A DNA stretch of 64,000 nt from an uncultured Nitrososphaerales archaeon (GTDB lineage: Archaea > Thermoproteota > Nitrososphaeria > Nitrososphaerales > Nitrososphaeraceae), in contig CAVPXM010000026.1 in NCBI GenBank assembly GCA_963709405.1, positions 20,720 to 84,719 on the forward strand. Direction: 5' to 3'. Each line of letters begins with the position of its first letter. The stretch's first letter is position 1. The notes beneath the pieces were generated by a model. That model saw only the letters and a program-made list of their open reading frames with translations, was not told the DNA's origin and made no database searches. Positions 1-11,834 of the stretch are shown here, in pieces. Both the position numbers and the translations under genes were made by a program.

Positions 1-87
1 CATACACTGGGCCATATAGCCCACATTATGTCATCAAACTTCAAATATCATTTGACTCAGTAGCAGATTAAATTAGTCCTTAAATGA

Positions 88-677
88 CATACAACAGAAT
101 TTGATCTCAAGGACTCTTCACCCTACGGTACGCCTTACGCAGATTGGATAAAGAAGTGGTGGCAGTGGAATGTCTCTGTACCCAAAGCAGAACATCCACA
201 AACTAATCCAAAAACGGTTTGTGCGACGAAAGTATCAGGGCAAGTATCTTTCATAGTTCAGAGCTATCAAGGTCCCCAACACTATTCATGTACAATTCCT
301 GCCAAGAACGCTATTATGGTTCCTATATCAACTGGATCATGCACTTCAATCGAAGCGCACTCCACGAAACTGGCTGACCTAGTCAATTGCGCATCAAATG
401 GTGACCAGCATCTCACATTCAAAGCGACACTCGATGGCGTACCGCTCAATAATCTTGAGAATAACTATGCCACAACCAATCTTTTTAATATGACGCTACC
501 AAATGATAATTTCGAAAATCTCAAAGGTGGCACGTACCCGACAGGGGCTGGCGGTTACTTTGTTTTTCTAAAACCTCTTCCAGCTGGTGAACACATCTTA
601 CAGCAAGGGTCCTCAATCCTACCGATCTCTCCTTTAACTACGACTATGATGCATCATATGATTTAAAGGTTCGATAA
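88..677 (+). pseudogene. Secreted-type hypothetical protein (PYG..WWQW family), 5'-incomplete and frameshifted near the 3' end
   Basis: The frame of ORF 316..666 is open from 88 (PYGTPYADWIKKWWQWNVSVP...GGYFVFLKPLPAGEH). A plausible C-terminus (FNYDYDASYDLKVR*) lies in another frame and ends at 677. No in-frame start codon upstream of 316. Confidence 0.55.
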
Positions 678-839
678 ATCTGTAATGTTGCAATCACTGC
701 AATCACAAACTGAGATTACCTGATTTCGAAATTATTATACTAAGACAGATCAGTGAGATCACAACGGCTATGTGACAATGGGTTAGCAATTTACATGGCC
801 TATTTAATTATTCATTTGGCATCTCTAACGATAGGAGGT

Positions 840-2159
840 TCAGCGTTTCCTGTTTTTGGTCTCATTTATCACTTCAGCAACATATTCTTTGATTTCTATA
901 TCTGTGAGGGAAGTGGCAATACCAGTATCTTTCGGAATCACTCTCTGAAACAGCTTTCACTTTTCTTAGAACCCTTTCAGTTACTGTATTAGTCATTTCT
1001 GCGCTAGCAATGTTTCCGATGAAATTAACTTCAGCTTCCACTGATTTCCGGATAGATGCTCGAAGTTTGGAATCCTGAGATACAGAAATAGCAGATGAAT
1101 ATATCCCGAAAAATACCAAGTATGAAGATAATCCCATGAATGAAACTGAAAGTAGTCCAAATGGAGGAAATGGGCCAGTTATTATTTCTTGAGGCCGATA
1201 CGAAATTAATAGTAAGAGTAGACCGATTCCAGAAATAACTAGGTAGCCCATTACCTTTGCATTTTGGATCTTACGCGCTACTAGCATAAAAGCTAGGCCA
1301 AACAGAATCCCACCTATAGGCGTGCTAACTTCAAGCATCAAAACATAAACAATACTGTAAAGCATTGGGTTTCCAGAACTATAATCAAACAACATACTTG
1401 TCACCAAGGGTTGGAATTGACTTAGAAAGTAGAGTAGTGGAACAAGCATGATTATCCAGAACTTTATTGTGCCTAGCCTTTTCCGATAGCTTTGTAATAA
1501 AAGGACAGTTCCTAACCAAAAAAGTACGAACGTAACGCCAGAGGAAATAGTGTACAAGTCAGCCAATGATGAGTAATGAGTGTGCATAATAACTCCCCCA
1601 TATGGGCTCGGTTGAATGACATCAGAGACGTAAGCTGAACTGATCTGATACATATACCATCCCAATAATCGCATTAATCGAAAGACTTAAGCTTGCAAAT
1701 AGATAAGCAAATGTGATCCTACTCTTGTTCAATCTCAGCCATGTTATGAATTTGTACGATAATAGGCCCATAACTGCTACGGCGGTTACAGAACTTATCA
1801 TGAATACCAATTCCAGATGAATAAGATAATATGAAAGCGTGAAGTTTATTTCAATCAGAATTATTACTAAAATAACAATAATAGCCAATTGCGTCAAGCA
1901 CCATTGCCTTATACATGATTCTTAGTATCGACTTTTCAAAAGGAACATTTCTTGTGTGAACAAAGTTCAAGATGATGAGCTGTGAAATGATACTTAATAC
2001 GCTTAATGCAGAAAATATCGGGATATCATCAGCAGAATTGTGGGGAGTTGAAAATCCTGACACATTCACAATAGACACTTCAAGAACTAGGCAAATAATT
2101 AGCGCTGATACTACTCCAAAAACAGTCCAATAGTTGGACATCATTTTTATAAATGTCAT
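840..2159 (-). pseudogene. Multi-pass membrane protein split over three to four frames
   Basis: Overlapping hydrophobic ORFs 1851..2243, 1622..1897 and 874..1674 read as one protein. The tail ...DTGIATSLTDIEIKEYVAEVINETKNRKR* is in a further frame and ends at 840. Confidence 0.65.
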
Positions 2160-2208
2160 CCTCGAGTAGGATTGCCAGTCAGAGTCATTTCGAAAGCTAA
2201 CATACTGA

Positions 2209-2270
2209 GGTAGATTGCAATCTTTTGAACGTTGCGCTCTCATAGCTTTGGAGTTAAGAAAAGTCGTCTC
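2209..2270 (+). repeat. About 60-bp repeat D, resembling an IS5 left end
   Basis: gtagattgcaatcttttgaacgttgcg...tttggagttaagaaaagtcgtctc is nearly identical to 8580-8640. It also resembles the minus-strand end of the IS5 remnant near 45715-45755. Confidence 0.7.
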
Positions 2271-2670
2271 TGAACAAAGTTCTACGAAAGAGCTCGGGCA
2301 GGAGAAGTAGATTACACGTTAATCTATATACAAACAATTGAGAGGCAGAAGTAGAACGACTAGTCAAGATTGGGCAACCTGCTATCCATGGAGATATAGA
2401 TGAAATGTCGGCCTTGTAACTACATTGTGGAACATGGTTTGATAATCTCTCTCGATGCGATACCTCTATCAGTAATTCAATGTATTATATAGCTCAAGTT
2501 AAATTCTATCTATAATGTCAGCGATAGTTGATCTTGTGACCTCTTTGAATATGTACCTTTCAATAATTGAAGATTAAGGTGCCTAAATAATCATGATTAC
2601 TCATCGCTAAATAATAATGAAAATAAGTTAAAGGATATTAACTAGTATCCTCATGAAGATATATCTAACC

Positions 2671-2908
2671 TTGCCGATTTTCTTAGATGTTCATTCTATC
2701 GGAACATCGACTGAGGAGGATCTCATTAAAGCGCAGAATGCACCAAGAGATGAACTAGGAGTGAAAGGTGGTGAATATTCTCTACAATCTAGAAGGCGGA
2801 ATGATTTATTGCTTGTTAGATGCACCAAGTAAAGAGGCAGTGGAAAAACATCACGGTAACATAGGTGTAAAATGCGACTGGATAATGGAAGTAAAAACTA
2901 CTCGATAA
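2671..2908 (+). CDS. DUF4242 (SCO4226-like nickel-binding) protein with one frameshift; absent from the ORF track
   Basis: Manual translation: MPIFLDVHSIG...DELGVK / VVNILYNLEGGMIYCLLDAPSKEAVEKHHGNIGVKCDWIMEVKTTR*. The +1 indel is at about 2767. Confidence 0.75.
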
Positions 2909-3049
2909 ACATAAATTATATAATGACTTTGAGCCAACACCTAATTTGTATATCTCAGTCAGGGCGCACACGCACTTAAGTTTCCAGTTACGGTGATCAA
3001 TTATACATAGAATGCAAAGCATATCTCAGGCATTCCCATAATTGTACCT

Positions 3050-3241
3050 AAATCAGACTATATCGAATATAACATCAGATCCAGAATGAAGTCGAAAAAA
3101 GTGTCTTATAATACGATATGCAGCGTATCACGATTATAAACATTCTTAGAAACTGAGGTATCATCTGTGTAGACTGACGGCCCTGTGATTAACAGATAAT
3201 GATGATAAAAATTTATGCGTATGTCTAACATAAGGCGCGCC
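3050..3241 (-). repeat. Repeat A, copy 1
   Basis: Reverse complement reads ggcgcgccttatgttagacatacgcataaatttttatcatc...gtcagtctacacagat...aatgtttataatcgtgatacgctgcatatcgtattataagacactttt. Confidence 0.85.
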
Positions 3242-3463
3242 AAATTATGCCAGTTATACTGCAAATGGTTAACACATCATAGATGATAAATATATAACAT
3301 ACAGGACATTTTCGAAATGGTAGCATAATTTGGTAAAAAGAGTACGAATAATTAGTCTTGGGGACATTTTTCGTTTACAAGACATTTTTGGTTTACATAC
3401 ATTAGCAATTGAGGCTATAATTCACACCCATCAGCCTTCCAAAGGCAATGCAAAGGAAGAGAG

Positions 3464-3669
3464 ATGGTAAAAAATGACATGCTTATCTCAATGGTCCAAG
3501 ATTGTTCAGGTAAAAATGTAAGAGGATATCGCAAACAGAGTTATATTATCACAATCCCTAAAACTATTTGTCGCCTTATCGGATTAAAAAAGGGTATCTA
3601 TTACTATGGGAGTTGAGCAAATACGAACAAGGCACGATTGTATTTAGAAAATTAGGAGATAACGCTTAG
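3464..3669 (+). pseudogene. AbrB/SpoVT-like DNA-binding protein, frameshifted
   Basis: SYIITIPKTICRLIGLKKG[D]LLLWELSK...IVFRKL fits the AbrB ITIPK...G...GD pattern once one base is restored at about 3596. Confidence 0.55.
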
Positions 3670-4649
3670 TGTCATCTAGATTCGACACAGAAGAAACAGC
3701 AAAGTACAGAAAAAGGAATTAGGGAAGGGAACGGCACCAGATTGGAGAACAACGAGCAGAATGGCAACAACAGACGATCTCTTTAAACAGATAGTTGCAG
3801 CAACCAAGGGCAGAGCAAACATTCACCGAACAGACAGCAACAACAACGATGTAAAGGTCTATCACACTGATCAAAATGCTAACAGAGTAAGGTAACAAAA
3901 GACAGGAGGTTGTACAAAGAACAATGCCGAATAAGCAAGACCTACCAACAACAAGACAACCAACCGACAAAGAAATCATAACAGGACAACAGCAAATCAT
4001 ACACCAACAACGCGATACAATCGACGATCTAAAAGCTCAACTAGAAAAGTCACAATAGCATAAAGCATTTCTAGAAGCGAGAAATAACGAATATACTTTA
4101 ATCTCCAACGCTGCCGCTCTAACCCCGGCATTACTTTCATTCAAGCAAAGAATGCATACCTTCAGCAGACAGAATGATATGATCAACAGAAACAGAGAGA
4201 TAGAGAACCAACAACGCAGGGTACAATTCGACGAACAAGATCGCCTAAGACGTGAAGCAGAAGAGAAAGCAATCTTAGATGAAAACCCTAACCAAGTCAA
4301 ATACTTCCAAACAGAGAAGGATAAGATACTACAGACCAAGGAATACATGTTAGCAAAAGCGACAGAGTTCTATGATCTTAAAAACGATGATATAGATAAG
4401 TACGCTACTCTGCCACACGGAGCAGATAACTCAGCAGTTAAACACTTGCTATAAACCTATGAACATGAAAAGGGTTTCTTGGTTTATCAATGTCGTTACT
4501 GTGAAGAAGAGTTTAGTAGCTTGGGTAGGTTTGAAGTACATTGCTACAGTGAGGATCAAGCAGGCCATAGATCTCGTCTGTTACAGAGCATAGAAAGCGA
4601 AGCAACGCAGAACATTGCCAAGATAAACGCAGAACTACAAAAGGTTTAA
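3669..4649 (+). pseudogene. Decayed coiled-coil protein with a C-terminal C2H2-type zinc finger
   Basis: Purine-rich, Gln/Glu/Arg-rich fragments including ORF 4152..4454, followed by YQCRYCEEEFSSLGRFEVHCYSEDQAGH...KV* ending at 4649. Multiple stops and frameshifts. Confidence 0.45.
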
Positions 4650-4677
4650 AAAGCGATGACTATTGTTGGCTTGAGAT

Positions 4678-5403
4678 ATGGCAACCTTTGTACTAGTTCA
4701 TGGATCGAGTCACGGCGGATGGTGCTGGAAAAGGGTAACTCCTTTACTGAGCAAAGATGGCCATGAAGTGTATACACCAACTCTTACTGGATTTGGCGAA
4801 AGAAGTCATCTGGTATCCAAAGATATTGGATTGGATACTCACATACTTGACATAATCCAAGTACTGGAGTATGAAGGTCTCAATAAAGTAATATTAGTCG
4901 GCCATAGTTATGGAGGATTAGTTATTGGAGGCGTAGCAGAGAAAGTTCCTGAGAGAATTAGACGCCTTGTTTATCTTGATGCATATATACCACAAGACAA
5001 CAAAAGTGCATTCGATATAGAATCCTATCTAGAAACCATTTCAAGATTTCAATTTCAGGATTTCAAGAAAAGAGCGCTAAAGGAGCAGGGAAGGGAATGG
5101 TTGATTGCATCATATAAACCAGAAGAATTCGGCGTGACAAATCCCGATGATATTAGCTGGATGAATTCCAGATTGTCTCCTACGCCTTGGCATACTCATG
5201 ACCAACCGTTAAGAATAACCAATCCAAAGTCCAAAATACTTCCTAAAAGTTACATTTGTTGTTCTGAATTTGGAAATGCTCATTTTAAGGCTCAAGAGTC
5301 ACCAGTAGATTGGGATTATCATGAATTAATGAAAGGACATGACATAATGATTACAGCTCCAAAGGAATTAGTACAACTCCTCGAAACTTTAGAAAATAAA
5401 TAG
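4678..5403 (+). CDS. Alpha/beta hydrolase (methylesterase/salicylate esterase-like)
   Basis: N-terminal FVLVHGSSHGGWCW, GHSYGG nucleophile motif, C-terminal GHD catalytic His. Confidence 0.9.
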   Translation: MATFVLVHGSSHGGWCWKRVTPLLSKDGHEVYTPTLTGFGERSHLVSKDIGLDTHILDIIQVLEYEGLNKVILVGHSYGGLVIGGVAEKVPERIRRLVYLDAYIPQDNKSAFDIESYLETISRFQFQDFKKRALKEQGREWLIASYKPEEFGVTNPDDISWMNSRLSPTPWHTHDQPLRITNPKSKILPKSYICCSEFGNAHFKAQESPVDWDYHELMKGHDIMITAPKELVQLLETLENK

Positions 5404-6193
5404 GTTGAATTCGATCTAGTCCACTACAGCGCTTGTGCTCGCCGAAGCTGTTGCGCACTGCTAGCTAGTTTTTCATTAGGTGGGCGAATCGCTATCGCCA
5501 TTACAATATATAGCTATAGTCTAATTCTGTACTGTACCTGAACTAAGTCAGCTTGTTCGCAACAGGTATAAAATTCCGTGTGTATTTCGTCCTTATATTT
5601 TCGTTCTTCCTCTTGTCCCCGCTTAATTGCAACTTTCTGTTCGTATGTCAATTCGTAAATTTCTTGCGTCATACCACAATGTATGTACGAACAGGCTTTT
5701 AAACCATCGATTATTGTTACAATTCTTGCATTTTGTTGTTACCAAACCGCATAATTATTAGTAGTTTATGACGCAAACATGTAACTTATACATAGTATAA
5801 GATGTAACTTATATTATACATAGTATAAGTAATTGTATATAGTTCTCAAAGTACAAGAAAGAAAATTAACTTATCCACAAAGTACCCGTTTGGTAATCTC
5901 TTGACATTTTTCACACGTTCCGATTTTTTAATTGTGGTAGTCATATCTATCTATCATGCATGTTGCAAACAGAGGGCTAAACTTGACAACGTTAGACTTG
6001 TCGCTATATCTGGTCTAGATATTGGTTTCTCAAAAACTGCTTTTACAAATCCAGTGACGCAATCCTATTTTGCAGTTGATAGCTCGACACTCTTACCAAC
6101 TATACAATTGGTTGCATCATCGCAATCTCTCCCTTTCGATTTTACTGCCGTTTTATGATTCGTTTGATTCGGTGTTTGTATCTGTGTCTGTTG

Positions 6194-6430
6194 TTATTGT
6201 TGTTGTTGTTGTTGTTGTGGGTGATCAAATTCTGGCCCGTTACATGCTGACTTTATGCCTACAACACACACGCCTACCTTTGGTACTTCTTCCTTTGCAA
6301 GTGTCTGATTTTGATTCTTCTGCTGATCTTTAGATTTAGCTTGAGCATGAGCAACTACTACAAGCAAGCTCAAACCAAGAACGGCAGCAACAGCAACCAC
6401 GTAAACAATTGACGATGACGATAGTTTCAC
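6194..6430 (-). CDS. Small secreted protein with a poly-Gln tail
   Basis: Hydrophobic signal peptide ending AHAQA, a Cys pair (GVCVVGIKSACNG) and a Q7 tail from a CAA repeat. Confidence 0.6.
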   Translation of the reverse strand: MKLSSSSIVYVVAVAAVLGLSLLVVVAHAQAKSKDQQKNQNQTLAKEEVPKVGVCVVGIKSACNGPEFDHPQQQQQQQ

Positions 6431-6509
6431 GATAATATCACTTAGTCTCTTGTTTTAAACTTGCCTTGGTAAAATCGTCTTGATCTATCGGAATATTGGA
6501 CATTAATAA

Positions 6510-6752
6510 TTAATTTGACACTTGATTAATAACTCTCCTTCTTTCCTCATCGTTAATATCTGCTAAAACACTTTGCAATGTCTCCAGTTGTGTATTAATC
6601 TCTTCTACATACCTCTGGTTAAATAAATCAGGCCTTACTTCTTTTTGCTTTTCTTCTATCTTCTTTTGCAACATTTGCTTAATTTCTTCAGAGGTTAACA
6701 ATTGCCGATTATCAGAGATATGATGATGATATGAAGTAATAACTACTGACAC
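6510..6752 (-). CDS. Small coiled-coil hypothetical protein, paralog of 25780..25980
   Basis: The pattern TSEEIKxxLxKxIxEK...LETxQSxLADIxDEExRR is shared with ORF 25780..25980. Confidence 0.65.
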   Translation of the reverse strand: MSVVITSYHHHISDNRQLLTSEEIKQMLQKKIEEKQKEVRPDLFNQRYVEEINTQLETLQSVLADINDEERRRVINQVSN

Positions 6753-7317
6753 ACCATTTACAGAGGGAGGGTTGTAATGTCTTGCTTGTATATATTGGGC
6801 GTCTGTTGGACTTGCGACATTACTAGCGCTTCCTTACCTCATTACTGGACGCTACTACAACGTTACCAGTGTGTCTTCGTGTTAAGATGGCACCTCAAAA
6901 AAACACATCCAACCCCAATTCTCCCATTTGTATTTTCTGCAAAGCATCGAAAATATACCTAATCCGTTAATCACTTTCAACTCTACGGTTTATCCTATAG
7001 TATACAAATATACTTTTCAAAAAGATAGATAATATCTATCATATTAGCGAAATTAAATCCGCATTAAGCTGTAGAGCACATCTATTCAAGTTTCTTATCG
7101 TTCAGTGTAAAGCGTTGCAGAAATATTCAACAGTCTATTCCTTCATATGAATATGCCAACTCTCTGAGTGGATCGTTTCGCATATGTTTCTGCAAACCAT
7201 GAGGGAATAGATTTCAGATAAAAACAAGTCGCCAAAAGCAACGAACTATTGACGAGAGAGGAGTACAGCATATTTTCCATTATTTATTTATCCCATAATC
7301 CTTTCCTACCATTGTGC

Positions 7318-7734
7318 CTAGTTACGATCCCTTAATTGAGATTCCCTTACCTCTTGCTGCCAATTATGAATCAAAGTAACTTCAACTGTTTTCACTTCAT
7401 GACTAACAGGGGATTTACTATTGTTTAGCACAAATGCATATGCATCGCTTATAGTAGGCTTAAAGACATCATTAATCTTTAGACCACTTCTGCTGTAATA
7501 CAAGTTAATTTCAGAACTTTCGTGATTTTCTTTCCATTTGGAAACATCTTTTCTGCTAACAATTAGAACTTGTATTTCGTCATCAGAATTCTTTACTTGT
7601 ACATCAAAACCAAGTCTATAACCAAACATGAGTACGAGATTTACACCGAAATACAATATTTCATAGCCATTAGAATTTCCAGGAGGTATGTTAAATTCAT
7701 TAATGTTTCTCATAATGTGAGGAAGTATTTTCAT
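7318..7734 (-). CDS. Hypothetical beta-rich protein
   Basis: 138-aa ATG-started ORF with no recognised motif. Confidence 0.5.
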   Translation of the reverse strand: MKILPHIMRNINEFNIPPGNSNGYEILYFGVNLVLMFGYRLGFDVQVKNSDDEIQVLIVSRKDVSKWKENHESSEINLYYSRSGLKINDVFKPTISDAYAFVLNNSKSPVSHEVKTVEVTLIHNWQQEVRESQLRDRN

Positions 7735-8002
7735 TAGTAGATAAGAGAACAGGTATGTTATTATCTTCTACTTTCATAATGAGTCTGGGAAATGATGTCA
7801 AAAGGAGTGTTTTTCTTCGTATTGGCTATCATTTTAATATCAATCATCATTTGGATTTTTAAACAAGTAATCTTTTTTCATTAATGTTATATTTCACATT
7901 TGACCTCTGACAGTCAATAGCCGCATTGTTATGTTAAAGTTAATAATATATTCTGTAGGATTATCTAAGATTATATTATCATTACAGTGATTACTAACCA
8001 TC

Positions 8003-8580
8003 ATGTTTACAAGTAGATGTAATTTTTTTTGTATTTATCGCTGCGAAACATTCAAAATTATGTCATTGCTATTTTTAGCAGTGACATTAGTTTGCTTATT
8101 GTCGATTAGGTCGAATACGTCTTACTCTACAACATCTGTATCAGCTATTTTTGGTGCATCCGCTTCGATAACTTCTAACAATAATTTCTTGACATATCAG
8201 GACAATACCTTAGGAATAAAAATAGATTATCCTACTGGATGGATACACGAATTACATCCTGGTGGTCTTGTTACCTTTCTCCCAAGTCTAGAAGGTAACA
8301 CAAATACATATCCTGCAGGTCTTGGCATAACAGTTGAACATTTAAAATCAAAAAACATGCCACTTAGTGAAATAACAAAAATACAGATTCAAAAACTTGA
8401 CACAGAACCATCCCGATTTTAAACTTCTAGAATCAACCGACTTTAGGTTAGCAGGCAATATGGCCTACAAGATAGTATTTACTGCAACAGACGGTATGAA
8501 GCATGAACGAAAGGCGATGCAGATTTGGACCGTAAAGGGAGATAATGCATATCTTATTACATACAAAGCAGAGCCTGCTG
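8003..8580 (+). pseudogene. PsbP/DcrB-like secreted protein, frameshifted and 3'-truncated
   Basis: FLTYQDNTLGIKIDYPTGW...AYKIVFT...QIWTVKGDNAYLITYKAEP is PsbP-like. Frameshift at about 8390. The coding similarity stops where repeat D begins. Confidence 0.75.
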
Positions 8581-8640
8581 GTAGATTCCAATCTTTTGAA
8601 CGTTGCGGTCACAGTTTTGGAGTTAAGAAAAGTCGTCTCG
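8580..8640 (+). repeat. Repeat D, copy 2
   Basis: Near-identical to 2209-2270. Confidence 0.7.
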
Positions 8641-8644
8641 TTTC

Positions 8645-8732
8645 GTATTCTAATTGCACTCTATTATTATATACAGTAATTATAACTTCAATTCTTCCTT
8701 ACATTAGAAAATAACCCGGGTATCCCGGGTGT
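8645..8732 (-). repeat. Repeat C (CCCGGG-ended MITE-like element), partial
   Basis: Reverse complement acacccgggatacccgggttattttc...gaagaatt matches 23815 onward and 37013 onward. Confidence 0.7.
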
Positions 8733-8734
8733 TA

Positions 8735-8830
8735 GATGATACTAGATCCAATTCTATGGATAAGATCTCCCCATTATACCCTATCCAACTTCAAATCACT
8801 AGGGACAATTGGGATGTAGAGAAGCGCGCC
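8735..8830 (-). repeat. Repeat B (GGCGCG-anchored, about 100 bp), copy 1
   Basis: Reverse complement ggcgcgcttctctacatcccaattgt...ctagtgatttgaagttggata...ttatccatagaattggatctagtatcatc matches 29611-29720. Confidence 0.8.
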
Positions 8831-9119
8831 TGCTCGTGTTCCTATCTATCAACTGAATTGATAGACCAATCTCAGCTCGATAACCTACTTCTTTTATGAT
8901 AATCCGACAATGCCATGTGTAACGCTCCCAAACCGTAATTAAACCGAGCCCATGTAAAACAAAATCCTTTTGCTCCTTGCAAACTACTTCCTGAAATAAA
9001 GAAGGCAGATTTGGATTTGATAGAGCATCATATCCAATACAAAGGTCCTGCTGCGCATAAATCAGAATTATTAAAATGCCCCGAATGGGTTATTCTATAA
9101 ATAGGTAACACTCCCGGAC

Positions 9120-9499
9120 TTAATTACTCATGAACAAAATTGTTGACTCTACAAATTGATACCTATAGATAGTAGCATATTAGTCGATGGGAATCTGAAT
9201 TGAAAGATCTGTGAATGCGAATGGCCGTACAGATTATACTACCAGTAGTTTAACTTTCAGCTATACGTCTAGAATGTAAAGTACATCTCAGGCTGGTAAC
9301 TAATTCCAATAATAGTTATCCAAATCGAAATCAGATCCAAAATAATTATATCGGAAATAACGTTATGAATACGATATGCGGCATGCCAGATTATAAATAT
9401 TATGTCAAATGGGACATTAGATGTATAGACTGACAATTCGATATACATGTACATTGAATAGATAAAACTTTCATTTGTATGTCAGTCATTGGCAAGCGC
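9120..9499 (-). repeat. Repeat A, copy 2 (long form)
   Basis: Reverse complement has the left arm tgactgacata...tgtatatcgaa, the core gtcagtctatacat...ttataatctggcatgccgcatatcg and the tail tcgactaatatgctactatctatag...gagtcaacaattttgttcatgag. Confidence 0.85.
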
Positions 9500-10310
9500 T
9501 TATGCCGTCACTCCGCTTCCATGTGCCGCAGCTTGCGCGCCATTTAAGAGCTCCCCGGCTACGTATGCCACTTGCTGTAAGCAACATGCTGCAAATGCGC
9601 CCAAGCCCAAGGCACCCATCAAGCCAGCGAGCGTCGCGTCCAGTGACGCAACCGGGAGCCAAGCCCGCAGTCCTAAAGTCTAGATTCCCCAAGCCCCCTT
9701 CAGTGACCGAATTACATCAAGGCCAGGTGAAATTCGTTGATGACAATACTAATACACAGTTGGTCCCCTTTCAATACAGAAGCTTAAGAAGGCATTAGAC
9801 GGAGGTAGTGCACTACCCCCAATGACCCAAACGCCAAGCGGAGGAGGCAGTTGTGGCATTGTCAAATACGAGGGACATAATTATGGGTGCCGCGCACGAA
9901 GACCAGGTTGACCAGAATGACGATAGTTTCGAGTATGGTGGCACATTTCTTATACCAAACAAAGACGATCAATTGACTATTGAATTTGGTGGGCTGCCAC
10001 ATAAACAGGGCTTGGACAGAAGTGGATACAAGGTTGCGTTTAACGAAGGTAAATCAGGAGTCTTTATGTGGAAACAGGAGGACACAACTTATGTACCGAT
10101 AAAAACAGCAATAGGAGGTAATACTAATTATCAAGCTAAGGCAGGCTCGAAAGTCAACGTAGTAATCCGTAAACAGGATATAGGGCCGTCTTCTGCCCCA
10201 ACTGGTGTAGAGAATCAATGCCTATGCCGACGGGCAAGCTAGTTGGACGTTGGAGGGACATGAATTCACGGCCACTTGGCTCAAAGCCGCCATATACCGG
10301 ACACCTTAAA
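9500..10310 (+). other. GC-richer fragment(s) of unknown, possibly viral or secreted proteins
   Basis: ORF 9489..9683 (Cys/Ala/Pro-rich) and ORF 9853..10242 lie in a segment visibly richer in GC than its flanks. The segment begins at the left end of repeat A copy 2. Confidence 0.4.
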
Positions 10311-10359
10311 GGCTCAAGAGCAGGATTCAGGAATGATGGACTGAACGGTTGTCATACTA

Positions 10360-10600
10360 AAAGCTCGCTGTCCCAAGGGAACAACGGGACCGAGTAGATT
10401 ACTGATAGAATCGACTGACATATTGAGTTTAGTTGCAACGGTTGTTATTATTGCTCCATTTGTAATACATCCTACTGCTTTATCCCCAGCACTAGTTAGC
10501 ATGCCGTCGGGATTAATCAAAGAATCACATGACTCAAGCAGGTATGATTGTGCTGAACCACAGAGAGTTGTCCAAGGCAGGCAATCTGAAACACTTGATT
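10360..10600 (-). pseudogene. Fragment of a Cys-containing secreted protein
   Basis: Core of ORF 10314..10622 (CLPWTTLC...SCDSLINPDG.LT..G..AVGCITNG). No signal peptide is retained. Confidence 0.4.
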
Positions 10601-11493
10601 TCAAATCTGAAAAAGAGAGCAAAACCTAACGTAAATCGTGAAGGAATTAGCCTTAAGCAACTATGTGTTCTGCTGCTACTCTTCCGTCGTCCAACTATCT
10701 ACAAATTTGACACAGAGACAGGATTCGATAATTTCTTATCTCAATTTAAGTTAACTAGACAACAACTTATCCAAAATTTATATACACCTCTGGAGATAGA
10801 AGCTACCGATACTTAGGAACAGACTTGGAGGTCCCTTCAAACGACATTGAGATTACTAGTGTTGATGTAATATATAGAAAAGATTCGACTGGAAAATATC
10901 ATCGTGTGATGCAACCTGAATTTTATTATTATTGTACAGTTAAAGGGCTAACTGAAAGAGAGATTATATATTCTGATATACGTCGACCATCTTCGTCTTT
11001 TAAAATTACAAAGAACCAAGCAAAGAAAGCATTTAGCATATTACGTAAAGAAAATCTCCTTAAACCAATTGCTAAGTATAATGATGAATCATATATGCAA
11101 TTTCAGACGAACGGTTTGACAAGTTTTTACAAGATTGCCTTGGAGTCTGAATTCATCTCTGATTTAATAATAGGAGTCTGGGATTCCATTAGGCCTCCTA
11201 GGCCTGAGGAGATACAATGGCTTGAATTTTTTATTGGCGAAGAAGGTACCGATCGAGTTAGAAATCGAGCCGATGAAAGAAAGAAAACCAAACATGGGAT
11301 GGCAATAGAAGAATTCCGCCAGTGGTTAAAATGGTGGAAAAGTGCCCTTAAGCAATCAGAGGATGATGCAAAGAAAATGGTTACTGATTCCATAAAGAAA
11401 CATAAATGGATTATAAAGGAATATCCATATTCAAATGAGCTCTTGATACACGTTTATCCAAACTTTTTGAAGGATACATTTCAGTTCAATTAA
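10600..11493 (+). pseudogene. Hypothetical soluble protein with internal stop and frameshift
   Basis: Adjacent same-strand ORFs 10529..10816 and 10825..11493, both charged and helical. No recognised family. Confidence 0.45.
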
Positions 11494-11834
11494 CATAAAA
11501 TAATCAATTACTCAACTAATTATTATTCCTATTAACTGAAGTTCATCACGTTGGATAGTCAGATGCATACAGATAGATTCATACAAAAGAGGACATATTG
11601 CGAGGGTAGGTGAGCAAGCTCCTCAGACATCATTAATTAATTTAATTAAATACATGCATAGAATTAATCCAATAAGTATCGTCATGAGTAATCGCTAGTG
11701 ATATCCTTCAGCTGGTGATATGGCATAATAAAATCTGTCAGTCAGTCAAGTCTAGTGGTTTCAATTTATGGATCAAAGCACATCAATCTTAGAAGATATC
11801 TAAAAAAGATGCATTACTAAATTAGCAGTGCTAA

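Noticed and set aside
5780-5830. Short tandem duplication atgtaacttata...catagtataag
   Set aside because: Two imperfect AT-rich units, consistent with replication slippage, with no further structure.
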